A stretch of DNA of 64,000 bases from an uncultured Myxococcales bacterium (GCA_903842345.1 CAIMLR010000017.1:33960-97959); one strand, 5' to 3'. Counted from the first letter of the stretch, positions 39,405-49,207 are shown. The notes: generated by a model not told the origin, from the letters alone. Translations and numbers: made by a program.

Positions 39405-39520
39405 GCCGATAGCCGACTAGGACGCCGTGGACGACGCCGGGTAGTCGGCACGCCGCAACGTGTGGACTGGTGCGGGCTGGCCAAGGCGGGGACAACAGAC
39501 CTGCAGCGAAAAAATCCACG
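39405..39520. repeat. R4: truncated copy (the first ~115 bp only) of the R repeat
   Basis: gccgatagccgactaggacgccgtggacgacgccgggtagtcggcacg...ggccaaggcggggacaacagacctgcagcgaaaaaatccacggccgtg aligns to the 5' part of R1-R3. Confidence 0.45.
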
Positions 39521-39966
39521 GCCGTGCAGATGCTTCTCGTGGTCGCCCATGTCGTCCTCTTCCCGCCGTTGTCACCGCCAACCGTGTCGATCGAGCCGTT
39601 CTTGGTCGAGCCGAACGCCCGCGTGTAGCACGCCACATCCGATCACGCCGGGACATCGCGGTCAAGGCTAGGGCCTCTCTTGGCCGCTCACCAAAAACCA
39701 TCCACCCCTTGCACCAAAAGCCAGCCGCCGCCGCCCACAAGTTCCGTTCCAATGGCGCACGACGATGGCAACTCTGCCCGCAAATGTCAGTCCCGTGCCG
39801 ACGTCCAGATGCCAACAATTATTCGTAGATAATAGATGCGCGCACACGCGCGGTCGCCCCACGTTGAAGGCCGCCGCGGTTCGGGAGACGGCCTCATGAA
39901 GTCGGGCATCGCCGCGCCAGATGCGGTATAAGCCAGCGAAGCGACTACTGCTTCCCTGGAGGATCC

Positions 39967-40899
39967 ATGCTGAACATCTACTACCGCGACGACATGGTGC
40001 CGGCCGACGTGCCCGGCAACTACAGCAAGTCGCCCACCAAGCCGCGCCGCTTCCTGGAGTTCCTGCGCGGCACGCCGGTGTGGCTGCACGTCGCTCTGCG
40101 TGACAACTTTGGCCCGGTCACCCGTGACGACCTGCTGACGGCGCACACGCCCGCGTACGTGGACGCGTTTCTGACGGGCCAGCCCAGAAGCCTCGCGGAG
40201 TCGAACGATCTGCGGTGGAGCCCGGAGTTCCGCGATTCCGTGCTGCTGACGAACGGCTGCCTGCTGGCCGCCAACACGGCGGCGGTCGACAACCCGGCGC
40301 AGGTCACAATGGCGCCGGTTTCCGGCTTTCATCACGCGCAGCCTGAACGGGGCAGCGGGTACTGCACGTTTTCCGGGCAGGTCGTCGCGGCGCTCAAGCT
40401 GTACCGGGAGCGCGGCTTGCGCGGCGCGTGGATCGACTTGGACGGCCATTTCGGCAACTCGATCGAGGATTCGCGCGCATTCGCGGCGGATCTCGATGTG
40501 GCGATTCCGCGCGGGTGCAACGTCAACGCGACTGGCTCGCATGTAGCGTATCTGGCGGACTTGGAGCACAAGCTGCACGAGATCGAACGGCGTGTGCTCG
40601 CGGGCGAGCTGGCGTACGTCTGCATGGCGCACGGCGCGGATTCGCACGAGTGGGACCAGCTTGGCCACCAGTGCACGACCGCGGAATGGTTGCAGGCGGC
40701 CGACATGGTGTACGAGATGCTGGCGCGGTGCCGGGAAGTGCGGCCCGTCGCGGTGACGCTGGCGCTGTTTGGCGGCTACCGCGACGACCATCCGGAGTCG
40801 GTGCTCGGCCTGCACGCTATGGACACGGCGCAGTGCTTGAAGTTTTTGGGCGGCGTTGAGCTGAAGTACATGGCCGAGGTCCATGCGCGGCGCAGCTGA
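39967..40899 (+). CDS. Histone-deacetylase-like / arginase-deacetylase-superfamily protein
   Basis: Motifs SGFHHAQPERGSGYC and IDLDGHFGNS resemble HDAC/AcuC-family metal-binding motifs (D.D.HHGDG-like). Confidence 0.55.
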   Translation: MLNIYYRDDMVPADVPGNYSKSPTKPRRFLEFLRGTPVWLHVALRDNFGPVTRDDLLTAHTPAYVDAFLTGQPRSLAESNDLRWSPEFRDSVLLTNGCLLAANTAAVDNPAQVTMAPVSGFHHAQPERGSGYCTFSGQVVAALKLYRERGLRGAWIDLDGHFGNSIEDSRAFAADLDVAIPRGCNVNATGSHVAYLADLEHKLHEIERRVLAGELAYVCMAHGADSHEWDQLGHQCTTAEWLQAADMVYEMLARCREVRPVAVTLALFGGYRDDHPESVLGLHAMDTAQCLKFLGGVELKYMAEVHARRS

Positions 40900-40986
40900 A
40901 TGCGCCGTCGCAGTCGGGTCAGTGCGGAGGACGCAGTCGGACGGGGCGCTGTGAAGGCAGTTTCTGGTGGTCCTGAGCGAGCGCGA

Positions 40987-41010
40987 CAAAAAATCACCTG
41001 AAAATACGCA
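40987..41010. repeat. Short AT-rich motif copy in reverse orientation (rc: GCGTATTTTCAGGTGATTTTTT)
   Basis: GTATTTT-N-GGTGAT family. Intergenic between the HDAC-like gene and the giant lipoprotein gene. Confidence 0.4.
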
Positions 41011-41187
41011 GGGCGCTAGCCCGTTTGTCGCATTTGGCGGAACCGCGGTTCAGCGCGCCTATGGCCACGAGTAAGGGCCAGTCAACGCGCCCCAGGCCGG
41101 ATTCCTCCTGCTTCGTCGTCGGGGCTTTCTCTTGGAGCATCGCGGCAAGCACCGTTGTGTCCGCGCCCACGCGCTGACCGCCCAAGC

Positions 41188-44100
41188 TCAAAGCGTGCGT
41201 GCGCATCGAAATCCGAGTCCCGGGTAACGCCAGACTGGAGTTGTGTTCAGGCGATACGTCGCCCGCATTTGGTTGGCTGCGCCCGACTCGTACCAGGAAC
41301 TACCGCGATAGACCTTGTCGCCACCGACAGCCGGACCGCCCGGATTTGTTTGCGCGGCGGCTGGATACTTGTCGTACCAGTCCGAGCACCACTCCTGGAC
41401 ATTTCCCTCCAGATCGCACGCCCCCTGGCCACTGTTTCCCGCGGTCTTTGAGCACACCGGCCATTCGCTGCCCGTGTTGCAACCGAAGCCGATCTCGTAC
41501 CAGACAGCATAGGTGCAGGACGGTGTTGCGCTGCCCCAAGGGTAGTCTTGGCTGAGTCCGCCGCTCCGGGCCGAGTACTCCCACTCTGCCTCCGTCGGCA
41601 ACCGCCCGCCCGTGTGCGCCCAAGCGCAGTATGCGTCCGCTTGGAACCAGTCCACGCAGTTGATGGGATGTTGCCCAACTCCCGTGCTGCCAAAATTGCA
41701 GCCCGTCATCGTTGGTGGGTATGCCGGGTAGTCCGAATTCGCCGGATTTCCGCACAAGAAACTGGCTTGGTTGTAGCCAGAACATTTTTGCCCGGAGCCC
41801 AGCTGGTTGTAGAACGTCGTGTATTGCGCGACGGTCACCTCGGCCTTGTCGAGCTCAAATGCGGAAAGTGTCACTTGGTGGTCTGGTTCCTGATCGAACT
41901 CTGTCGCCTTGCTCGCCGGCAACCCCATCGTGAACGTGCCCGCCGGTAGCACGACCATCCCTGGCGTGGCGCAGTCGGTGGCGCAGGTCAACGCCGTCTC
42001 GCAGCCGTCGCAAGCTGCGTTGCCACAGACAGGCACAGTGCCCTTGCAGGTGCCCGCAGCGCAGGCATCGCCCGTCGTGCAGGTGTTGCCGTCGTTGCAG
42101 TTCACGGCATTGTTCGCGTGCTGGCAGCCAATCGCGTTGCACGAGTCCGTCGTACACGTGTTGCCGTCGTCGCAGCTGGTCGTTGTTGTGTGCACGCAAG
42201 TTCCGGTGGCGTTGCAACTGTCGGCGGTGCAGACATTGCTGTCGTCGCAGTTCGTCGCAGTCCCGGCGCAACTGCCGCTGGCGCAGATGTCGCTCGTGGT
42301 GCAGGCGTTGCCGTCGTTGCAGGCGCTGCCGTCAGACTTGGTGGGATTGCTGCATGCGGCAGCGCTGCAGACGCCCGCAGCGTGGCATTGATCCAGCGCA
42401 GTGCAGACGATGGCCGTGCCGCCGCAGACGCCAGTGGTACACTTGTCGCTGGTCGTGCATGCGTTTCCGTCGCTGCAAGTTGTGCCGTTGCTGATCGCCG
42501 GGTTGCTGCACAGACCGCTCGATGTGTCGCAGGTGCCAGCAGCGTGGCACTGGTCGAGCGCGCCGCACGTCACGGAGTTGCTGCCAGTGCAGGCGCCGGC
42601 GATGCACGTGTCCACCAAGGTGCAGGCATTTCCGTCCGCGCATGTCGTTCCGTCGTTCTTGACCGGGTTGGTGCACACGCCGGTTCCAGAATTGCACGCC
42701 CCCACGCCGTGACACTGGTCGATCGCAGCGCAGACGACGGCCGACCCGCTCGAACACCCGCCGCCCTGACATGTGTCGGGCGCTGTACAGGCGTTGCCAT
42801 CGCTGCACGCCGAGCCATTCGCCTTGGCCGGGTTTGAACAGCTGCCAGAAGCCGAGTCGCACGTACCGGCCAAGTGGCACTGATCCAGCGCCGTGCAAAC
42901 GATCGGACTCGCGCCGCTGCACGCCCCCGCGACGCACGTGTCGGACTGCGTACAAGCGTTGCCGTCCGTGCAGGCGGCCCCGTCAATTTTCTTCGGGTTG
43001 CTGCAGGTGCCCGCCGTGCACGTTCCGACGTTGTGGCACTGGTCGCTGGCGGCGCAGACGACGGCAGCGCCACCACAGAGACCGCTGGTGCAAACGTCGC
43101 TCGTCGTGCACGCATTTGCGTCGTCGCACAACACACCGTCGACTTTGTTGGGATTGCTGCACTGTCCGCTGGCCAGATCGCAGCTGCCCGAGCCGTGGCA
43201 CTGGTCGCTCGCCATGCACGTGACCGGCGCGCCGCCGCATGTGCCACCCGCGCACTTGTCGCCCGACGTGCAGAGGTTCCCGTCGTCGCACCCGGCGCTG
43301 TTGTTGGTGAACGCACACGCGCCGCCGCTGCAGGCGTCCGTCGTACAAGCGTTGCCATCGGAGCAAGCCATCGCGGCGCCGGCTACGCATGTGTTGCCGG
43401 CGCATTTGTCGTTCAGCGTGCAGGGGTTGTTGTCGCTACACGGCGACACGTTGGCTGCGTGCTTGCAGCCTGCGATGGGGTCGCAGCTGTCGTCGGTGCA
43501 CGGGTTGCCATCGTCGCAGTTGAGCGGACCGCCAGCGTTGCACACGCCGCCCACGCACGCGTCGCCGGCGGTGCACACCGTGCCATCGGCATAGCACAAT
43601 TGCCCAGAGTTTTGCGCGACCAAGCTGCACGCTCCGCTCGTCGGATTGCACGTGTTCTTGCGGCAAAAGTTGTCGCTGGCCGTGCTGCATGTCACCACCG
43701 TCGCCGGGTTCACCTTGCAGCCGTATGGCACGCTCGATGTGTCGCAGAACAGCGTGCCGTTGCACGCGTTGCCATCCTCCTGACCGGCACAATCGGCTGT
43801 CGTCGTGCACGAGCAAGTGTTGGTGCCAGAGGCGCACTTGCCGCTGCTGCAGAGGTCGCCCACCGTACAAGGGTTGTCGTCGCTGCACGCGCCGGTGGCG
43901 CTCTTGTGCTGGCAGCCACCGACGGGATCGCAGGTGTCCGCCGTGCAGCCGTTGTTGTCATCGCAGTACGCGGCGGGCGTTACCGGCAAGCCACTGCACG
44001 CCGCTGCTGCGCAGACGTCATTGATCGTGCAGGCATTCCCGTCAACGCACGGGAGCGTGTTTGGCGCGAAGACACACCCCGAGGCGGTATTGCACGTGTC

Positions 44101-47064
44101 GCTCGTGCACACGTTGCCGTCGTCGCATGTCACCAAGCTGCCGACGCAACCGCCAATGGCGTTGCACACGTCGCCTTGGCTGCATGCGTTGCCGTCGCTG
44201 CATGAGGCGCCCGGCTGGGCGACATAGGCACACATGCCCGTTGCTGGGACGCAGGTATCAAGCGTGCAGGCGTTCTGGTCGTCGCATCCCGTCTTGACGC
44301 CCGGCACGCAGCCGCCGTTCGCGCAGTTGTCACCGACCGTGCATGCGTTGCCGTCGGTGCAAACATTGGCGTTGGCCGTGAACGTGCATCCGGTGGTGGC
44401 ATCGCACGCGTCGGTCGTGCACACCTTGCCGTCAACGCAGACGGCAGCGGGGCCGGGCACACAGTTCCCCCCCGAACATGCGTCGTTCAAGGTGCAGACG
44501 CTGCCGTCGGCGTCACACGCTGTGCCGCCGAGCGAACTGCCGTTGTAAGTGCACGCGCCCGTCGCAACGTCACACTTGTCAGCCGTGCAGATCTGGCCGT
44601 CGTCGCACACCTTGGTCGCGCCAGCGACGCACACTTTCGCCACGCAGTTGTCGCCGACAGTGCAGGCGTTGTCGTCGGCATTGCACGGGGCTGTATTGGC
44701 CGTATGCACGCACCCGGTGACCGCGTCGCAACTGTCGCTCGTGCAGCCGTTCTTGTCGTCGCAGTCCGACTTCGCGCCTGCCAAGCACGTGCCGGCCGAG
44801 CAGCTATCGCCGACCGTGCAGATCGAGCTGTCCGCATTGCACGTCGCCCCATCCTGAGCCGGCGCGTTGTAAACGCAGAGGCCAGACTTCACGTCACAGC
44901 TATCCGCGGTGCAGACAACGCCGTCATCGCACAGCTTCACCGGGCCGGCGACACAGACCTTGCCGAAGCACGAGTCGTCTTGCGTGCACGCATTGTCGTC
45001 TGCGTTGCATGGGGCAGTGTTGGCCACGTGTGTGCAGCCTGTCAGCGCGTCGCAACTATCGGTCGTGCAGCCGTTCTTGTCGTCGCAATCGGCCTTCGCG
45101 CCTGACTGACAAGTTCCCGCCTGGCAGGCGTCGCCAATGGTGCAGACGCTACCATCGGCATCACAGGGCCCGCCGTTCTGGGCCGTCGGGTCGTAAAGAC
45201 ACGCGCCGGTGGCCGAGTTGCAGACGTCCGCCGTGCAGAAGTTCCCATCATCGCAGACCTTGCTCGCGCCCGGCACACAAGCCTTGTTGACGCAGGCGTC
45301 GCCGACCGTGCATGGGTTTTGGTCGGCATCGCATGGCGCGGTGTTGGCTGTGTGCGAACAGCCCAGCTTCGAGTCGCAGGCATCGTCCGTGCAGGGATTT
45401 GCGTCGTCGCACGATTTGCTGGTGCCGGTGCAGGTTCCGGACGCGCATGCGTCGTCGAGCGTGCAGGCGTTGCCGTCATCGCAGGACAGCCCGTCGGCCG
45501 CCTTGCTGGTCACGCATTGTCCGCCGATCGGATCGCACGCGCTCAAGTAGCAGGCGCCAGCTGAAGTGCATTTCTTCGGGGCACCGGATCCGCACTGACC
45601 GGAATCGCAAGTGTCGCCGAGCGTACACGGGTTGTCGTCCGAGCACGGCGCACCTGTCAGCGGCGTCGGCGCGCAACCAGTCGGGGCGTCGCACGTGTCG
45701 TCGGTGCACGGATTGCCATCGTCGCAGTCGACTGGCGTGCCCTTGCAAACGCCACTGCCGCAAAGATCCTTCGAGGTGCACTTGGTACCATCGTTGCAGG
45801 GGATGCCGTCGGTGACCGACACGGAACTGCACTTGCCGGATAGCGACTCGCAGCTGTCGGTGGTGCACGCGTTTCCGTCGTCACAGGAGACCGGCTGCCC
45901 TTTTTGGCATTTGCCGCCTTCGCAAGCGTCGCCCTGCGTACATGCCGACGCGTCCGCATCACAGGGCGCGCCGTCGTCATCGGTCTGGGTACAGCCCTTC
46001 GCGGGGTCGCATGTGTCGACCGTACAGGGATTCGTGTCGTCGCAGTTCTTGAGCGGACCGGGCGCGCATGCGCCGACCTTGCAAATGTCGCCGACCGTGC
46101 AAACGCTGCCGTCCGCATCGCAGGGCGTGCCGTCCAGCGCCAGGTGGGCGCAGCCGTTCTTCGCATCGCAGGTGTCCGTCGTGCACTGCTGAGCGTCGTT
46201 GCACGTGCCTTCATCGGTCTGGCCGTCGCAGTTGTTGTCGATGCCGTCGCAGACCTCGGCCGTCGGCGGCAACGCGGTGCAGGCACCCAGCCCCTTGTCG
46301 CCGCACTGCCGGGTGCCGGCACACTTACCGACGATGGCACCTGAACCATCGGTCACCTGGGCAAAGCACGTCGTCCCGATCTTCTTGGCGGTTGCCACCG
46401 CGTCGCACGGGCACGTGCCGAACGTGTCGCCGACTTTGTCCGGCTTGCGCACGCACTGGGTCGTCATGGTTCCCTCCGCTGTCTTCGCGGGTGCGCAGGT
46501 ATAGCCGTCCGGGCAGGCCGTTGCGCTGCCACAGGCGATGCCGCAGAACAGGCCGACGGCGCCTTCAACGACGCAGGCGGTGCCGTTGAGCCCGGGCGAC
46601 TTGCAGTCGTCGCTCTTGAGGCACGGCTCGCAAAGGCGGCCAGTGGCGTTGACGCAGACCGAGATGAGGTCCGAAGACGCACTCGTCACCTGGGCACAGG
46701 TGTACCCGGCCGGACAGCTATCCACGCAGTTCCGAGCACACGTCTTGCCGCCTGGGACGGACGCATCGTCAAGGCAAAGGGCAGAGTCGCATTCGGAGTT
46801 CTGCGCGCAGGGGCATCCGCTGCTGCCGGGACATCCGACGGTGTCCACCAGCGACTGACCGTCGAGCACGTCAATTAGCGCGACAGAATCATGCATGTCC
46901 TCGGATTTGCCGTCGGTCACGACCACAACATCCTGATCGGCCAGCGCGGCGTCCACCTCGGTCGCGGGAAAGTTTTGCGGCTTGGCCGAGCAGGCGACGA
47001 GCAGCGCCAGCCCAGCCGCCAAAAACCGCAGTCTGAAAGCGTTCTGACGACGGTGTTGAGCCAT
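41188..47064 (-). CDS. Giant secreted lipoprotein (~1958 aa) with dozens of Myxococcus-type cysteine-rich repeats and a C-terminal formylglycine-generating-enzyme (FGE/SUMF1) domain
   Basis: Signal/lipobox MAQHRRQNAFRLRFLAAGLALLVAC (ATG at 47064). Long arrays of CDDGN(A/P)CT(T/D)D(S/T)C repeats. C-terminal FGE-like LPAGTFTMG...GGLSQDYPWG...RGSSWYE...GFRCARTL. Confidence 0.8.
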   Translation of the reverse strand: MAQHRRQNAFRLRFLAAGLALLVACSAKPQNFPATEVDAALADQDVVVVTDGKSEDMHDSVALIDVLDGQSLVDTVGCPGSSGCPCAQNSECDSALCLDDASVPGGKTCARNCVDSCPAGYTCAQVTSASSDLISVCVNATGRLCEPCLKSDDCKSPGLNGTACVVEGAVGLFCGIACGSATACPDGYTCAPAKTAEGTMTTQCVRKPDKVGDTFGTCPCDAVATAKKIGTTCFAQVTDGSGAIVGKCAGTRQCGDKGLGACTALPPTAEVCDGIDNNCDGQTDEGTCNDAQQCTTDTCDAKNGCAHLALDGTPCDADGSVCTVGDICKVGACAPGPLKNCDDTNPCTVDTCDPAKGCTQTDDDGAPCDADASACTQGDACEGGKCQKGQPVSCDDGNACTTDSCESLSGKCSSVSVTDGIPCNDGTKCTSKDLCGSGVCKGTPVDCDDGNPCTDDTCDAPTGCAPTPLTGAPCSDDNPCTLGDTCDSGQCGSGAPKKCTSAGACYLSACDPIGGQCVTSKAADGLSCDDGNACTLDDACASGTCTGTSKSCDDANPCTDDACDSKLGCSHTANTAPCDADQNPCTVGDACVNKACVPGASKVCDDGNFCTADVCNSATGACLYDPTAQNGGPCDADGSVCTIGDACQAGTCQSGAKADCDDKNGCTTDSCDALTGCTHVANTAPCNADDNACTQDDSCFGKVCVAGPVKLCDDGVVCTADSCDVKSGLCVYNAPAQDGATCNADSSICTVGDSCSAGTCLAGAKSDCDDKNGCTSDSCDAVTGCVHTANTAPCNADDNACTVGDNCVAKVCVAGATKVCDDGQICTADKCDVATGACTYNGSSLGGTACDADGSVCTLNDACSGGNCVPGPAAVCVDGKVCTTDACDATTGCTFTANANVCTDGNACTVGDNCANGGCVPGVKTGCDDQNACTLDTCVPATGMCAYVAQPGASCSDGNACSQGDVCNAIGGCVGSLVTCDDGNVCTSDTCNTASGCVFAPNTLPCVDGNACTINDVCAAAACSGLPVTPAAYCDDNNGCTADTCDPVGGCQHKSATGACSDDNPCTVGDLCSSGKCASGTNTCSCTTTADCAGQEDGNACNGTLFCDTSSVPYGCKVNPATVVTCSTASDNFCRKNTCNPTSGACSLVAQNSGQLCYADGTVCTAGDACVGGVCNAGGPLNCDDGNPCTDDSCDPIAGCKHAANVSPCSDNNPCTLNDKCAGNTCVAGAAMACSDGNACTTDACSGGACAFTNNSAGCDDGNLCTSGDKCAGGTCGGAPVTCMASDQCHGSGSCDLASGQCSNPNKVDGVLCDDANACTTSDVCTSGLCGGAAVVCAASDQCHNVGTCTAGTCSNPKKIDGAACTDGNACTQSDTCVAGACSGASPIVCTALDQCHLAGTCDSASGSCSNPAKANGSACSDGNACTAPDTCQGGGCSSGSAVVCAAIDQCHGVGACNSGTGVCTNPVKNDGTTCADGNACTLVDTCIAGACTGSNSVTCGALDQCHAAGTCDTSSGLCSNPAISNGTTCSDGNACTTSDKCTTGVCGGTAIVCTALDQCHAAGVCSAAACSNPTKSDGSACNDGNACTTSDICASGSCAGTATNCDDSNVCTADSCNATGTCVHTTTTSCDDGNTCTTDSCNAIGCQHANNAVNCNDGNTCTTGDACAAGTCKGTVPVCGNAACDGCETALTCATDCATPGMVVLPAGTFTMGLPASKATEFDQEPDHQVTLSAFELDKAEVTVAQYTTFYNQLGSGQKCSGYNQASFLCGNPANSDYPAYPPTMTGCNFGSTGVGQHPINCVDWFQADAYCAWAHTGGRLPTEAEWEYSARSGGLSQDYPWGSATPSCTYAVWYEIGFGCNTGSEWPVCSKTAGNSGQGACDLEGNVQEWCSDWYDKYPAAAQTNPGGPAVGGDKVYRGSSWYESGAANQMRATYRLNTTPVWRYPGLGFRCARTL

Positions 47065-47221
47065 CGCGCCGCTGAGCCGAAGCCCCGTTCGCCAGTCCAC
47101 GTTCACCCCTGGCGTCAAGCACAAGTTGTCGTGCTGATGTTGACGATACTACCGCCAATGACCAAGCAGCAAGGGTCTATAGCGGGTTCAATGTCAACGA
47201 TGCGCCGCCGACACTTCCGGC

Positions 47222-47551
47222 ATGGCGACCACCGACGACCTCAAGCACTTCGGCCAGAACCTCAAGACCTTGCGCAACGCCCGCTCGTGGACGCAGGACC
47301 ACCTGGGCGAGATCGCGGACCTGAACCCCAAGTACCTGGGCGAGATGGAACGTGGCGAGCGCAACCCGTCGCTGGACGTGCTTTGGCGGCTGGCCCGTGC
47401 GCTCGGCGTTGACGCGGCGGAGCTGGTGGGCGACGAGCTGACGCGGCTTGATCGCGAGGAGCTTTTGCGGCGTGGAGCCGAGGAGCTGGGCCGGCAATCG
47501 GGTGAGGAGTTGCGGACCTGGCTACGTCTGGCGCGGTCACGGCGGCAGTAG
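47222..47551 (+). CDS. XRE-family (Cro/C1-type) HTH transcriptional regulator
   Basis: FGQNLKTLRNARSWTQDHLGEIADLNPKYLGEMERGERNPSLDVLWRLARALGV is a classic HTH_3 segment. Divergent from the giant lipoprotein gene. Confidence 0.75.
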   Translation: MATTDDLKHFGQNLKTLRNARSWTQDHLGEIADLNPKYLGEMERGERNPSLDVLWRLARALGVDAAELVGDELTRLDREELLRRGAEELGRQSGEELRTWLRLARSRRQ

Positions 47552-47577
47552 CGGGCAGCACGCCCGCCTGCCACCCG

Positions 47578-47605
47578 CCGGTATTTTACGTGATACGCGT
47601 GCGGC
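47578..47605. repeat. Short AT-rich motif copy (GGTATTTTACGTGATACGCG) flanked by CGCCG/CGGCG arms, ~27 nt after the XRE stop
   Basis: GTATTTTACGTGATAC core. Confidence 0.45.
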
Positions 47606-47668
47606 GCCCAACTATTCTTCAGAATCGTCTGCGCGCACACGATGCCGACCGCGGACCGGTCCAGTTGG

Positions 47669-49018
47669 TCACCGGCAAACCGCGGCGCTCCGCCCGCCCT
47701 GCGCGCGCAACTCCCGCACTTCCTGCCGCAACTGTTCAATCTGCCGCTGCTGCTCCTGCAGCGTCGCGACCGACAGGCTGAGGTAGCCGTACAGGTCGAC
47801 CATGTCGCGCTGCGCGTCCACCGCAGTGCCGCCCGGCTGGTCGTCGATGATGAATCCGAGATGCCGCGGCGCCTGCGGTCCTGCTGCGGTGTATCGGTAC
47901 GTCGCCAAGCGCGTGTCCAGCAGCTCCGCCGCCAGGCTTTGCCGCTCGACCGTGTCGACATACCGCACGTCCGACTTGAACTTCGCCTTGGAAATCGGGC
48001 AGCCGACCGCCTTCGGGTCCGAAGTCGCGCACTTCAGGAACTGCCCGCAGCCCGCCTTGGCGTCGCACTCCTGGCCTTCCGTGCTGCACGCGTCGCCGGC
48101 TTTCTCGGTCGTGCAGAGCGACACGCCTGTTGTCGGCGTCCAACCGCCGGGACAATCCGGGTAGCCGCAGGTCGTATAGTAATTGTGCGCTTTGGGCGAC
48201 TGGCACGCGCCGGTGGCCAACACGCTGACGCCGGCGGCTGCTGCCTCACATGCGTTGCCGTACGTCTTACCGTCGCAACCGCAGACGGGCGCGTAGATCT
48301 TGTCACACGCCTGCGGCTTGGTCCGGCACGTGCCCTGGCTGCTGCCGCATTGGCCGTCCGCGAGCGCGCAGTACTCGGTCGTGGCGCATTGCGCGGCCGG
48401 CCCCATGCTAAGCGGGTTGCACGCCTTGGCTGTGACGGCGCACGTGCCCATGTGGTCGACCGAGACGCCAGCCTGCGCCGCCGGACAAGAGTCGCCGTAG
48501 TCCTTGCCGTCGCAGCCGCACACGCCACCTGGAGGAGGAGGCAGCGCGGGACAGGTTTGCGGGATCGCTTTGCACACGCCCGGACCGACGCACTGGCCGA
48601 CGGGAACGGCGCAGAACTCGCCGTTGTTGCACACCAGGGGGCCACTGGTTGACGGCACGCATGCGTGGCCAATGTCGGGCGCGCACTGGCACGTCTCGCA
48701 GCCGTTGGCGTCGATCAGGATGCCGTTGGGACACTGTGGCGCGCAGCCGAATGCGGGACAGCAGACGCCGGCGGCGTTGCAGAGCTGGCCCAAACCGCAC
48801 TGGCCGCCGGATTTGCAATTGGCGTCGGCCTTGCTTGCGTCGATGGCGTCCGTGACGGCGACATCCGTGGCGCCCGAGACGGCGTCGGTGGTGTCGCTGA
48901 CGACGCCGAGATCCGTATTGATGCTGTCTGCCGTGACGGCGCCGCTGTTGGTGGGACTGTCGCAGGCGGTGAGCGCAAGCGCGAGGCACAACATCAGAAT
49001 GTTCAGGTAGATGCGCAT
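47669..49018 (-). CDS. Lipoprotein with multiple Kazal-like Cys-rich domains and a C-terminal peptidase-S74-type (tail-fibre intramolecular chaperone-like) domain
   Basis: Signal/lipobox MRIYLNILMLCLALALTAC (ATG at 49018; the track extends to 49354). Kazal-like CGCDGKTYGNAC and CGCDGKDYGDSC. C-terminal SDVRYVDTVERQ...HLGFIIDDQPGG...LSVATLQEQQRQIEQLRQEV. Confidence 0.55.
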   Translation of the reverse strand: MRIYLNILMLCLALALTACDSPTNSGAVTADSINTDLGVVSDTTDAVSGATDVAVTDAIDASKADANCKSGGQCGLGQLCNAAGVCCPAFGCAPQCPNGILIDANGCETCQCAPDIGHACVPSTSGPLVCNNGEFCAVPVGQCVGPGVCKAIPQTCPALPPPPGGVCGCDGKDYGDSCPAAQAGVSVDHMGTCAVTAKACNPLSMGPAAQCATTEYCALADGQCGSSQGTCRTKPQACDKIYAPVCGCDGKTYGNACEAAAAGVSVLATGACQSPKAHNYYTTCGYPDCPGGWTPTTGVSLCTTEKAGDACSTEGQECDAKAGCGQFLKCATSDPKAVGCPISKAKFKSDVRYVDTVERQSLAAELLDTRLATYRYTAAGPQAPRHLGFIIDDQPGGTAVDAQRDMVDLYGYLSLSVATLQEQQRQIEQLRQEVRELRAQGGRSAAVCR

Positions 49019-49180
49019 GACCAGCTCCGGTGGCGGGATGAGCGCCGTGGTGCGCCGACCGACGCGACGCGTGCCGTCAGGGTAGCACAATTGGAGATTG
49101 GGCAGTCGCGGCAGACGGCCGGCGCGAGCGGCAAGAAGCCAAGCGGCGATGGGGAAATATGCCGGAGACAGCTGGACCTG

Positions 49181-49207
49181 CGGCCGAATCACGGAAAATA
49201 CGCGGTG
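49181..49207. repeat. Short AT-rich motif copy in reverse orientation (rc: GCGTATTTTCCGTGATTCGG)
   Basis: Lies just downstream of the stop of the 49224-50534 minus-strand gene. Confidence 0.4.

Noticed and set aside
32581-39520. Possibility that the R repeats form a CRISPR array
   Set aside because: The repeat units are 350-400 bp and imperfect. The so-called spacers are full genes of 0.4-3.8 kb. There are no short regular direct repeats and no cas genes.
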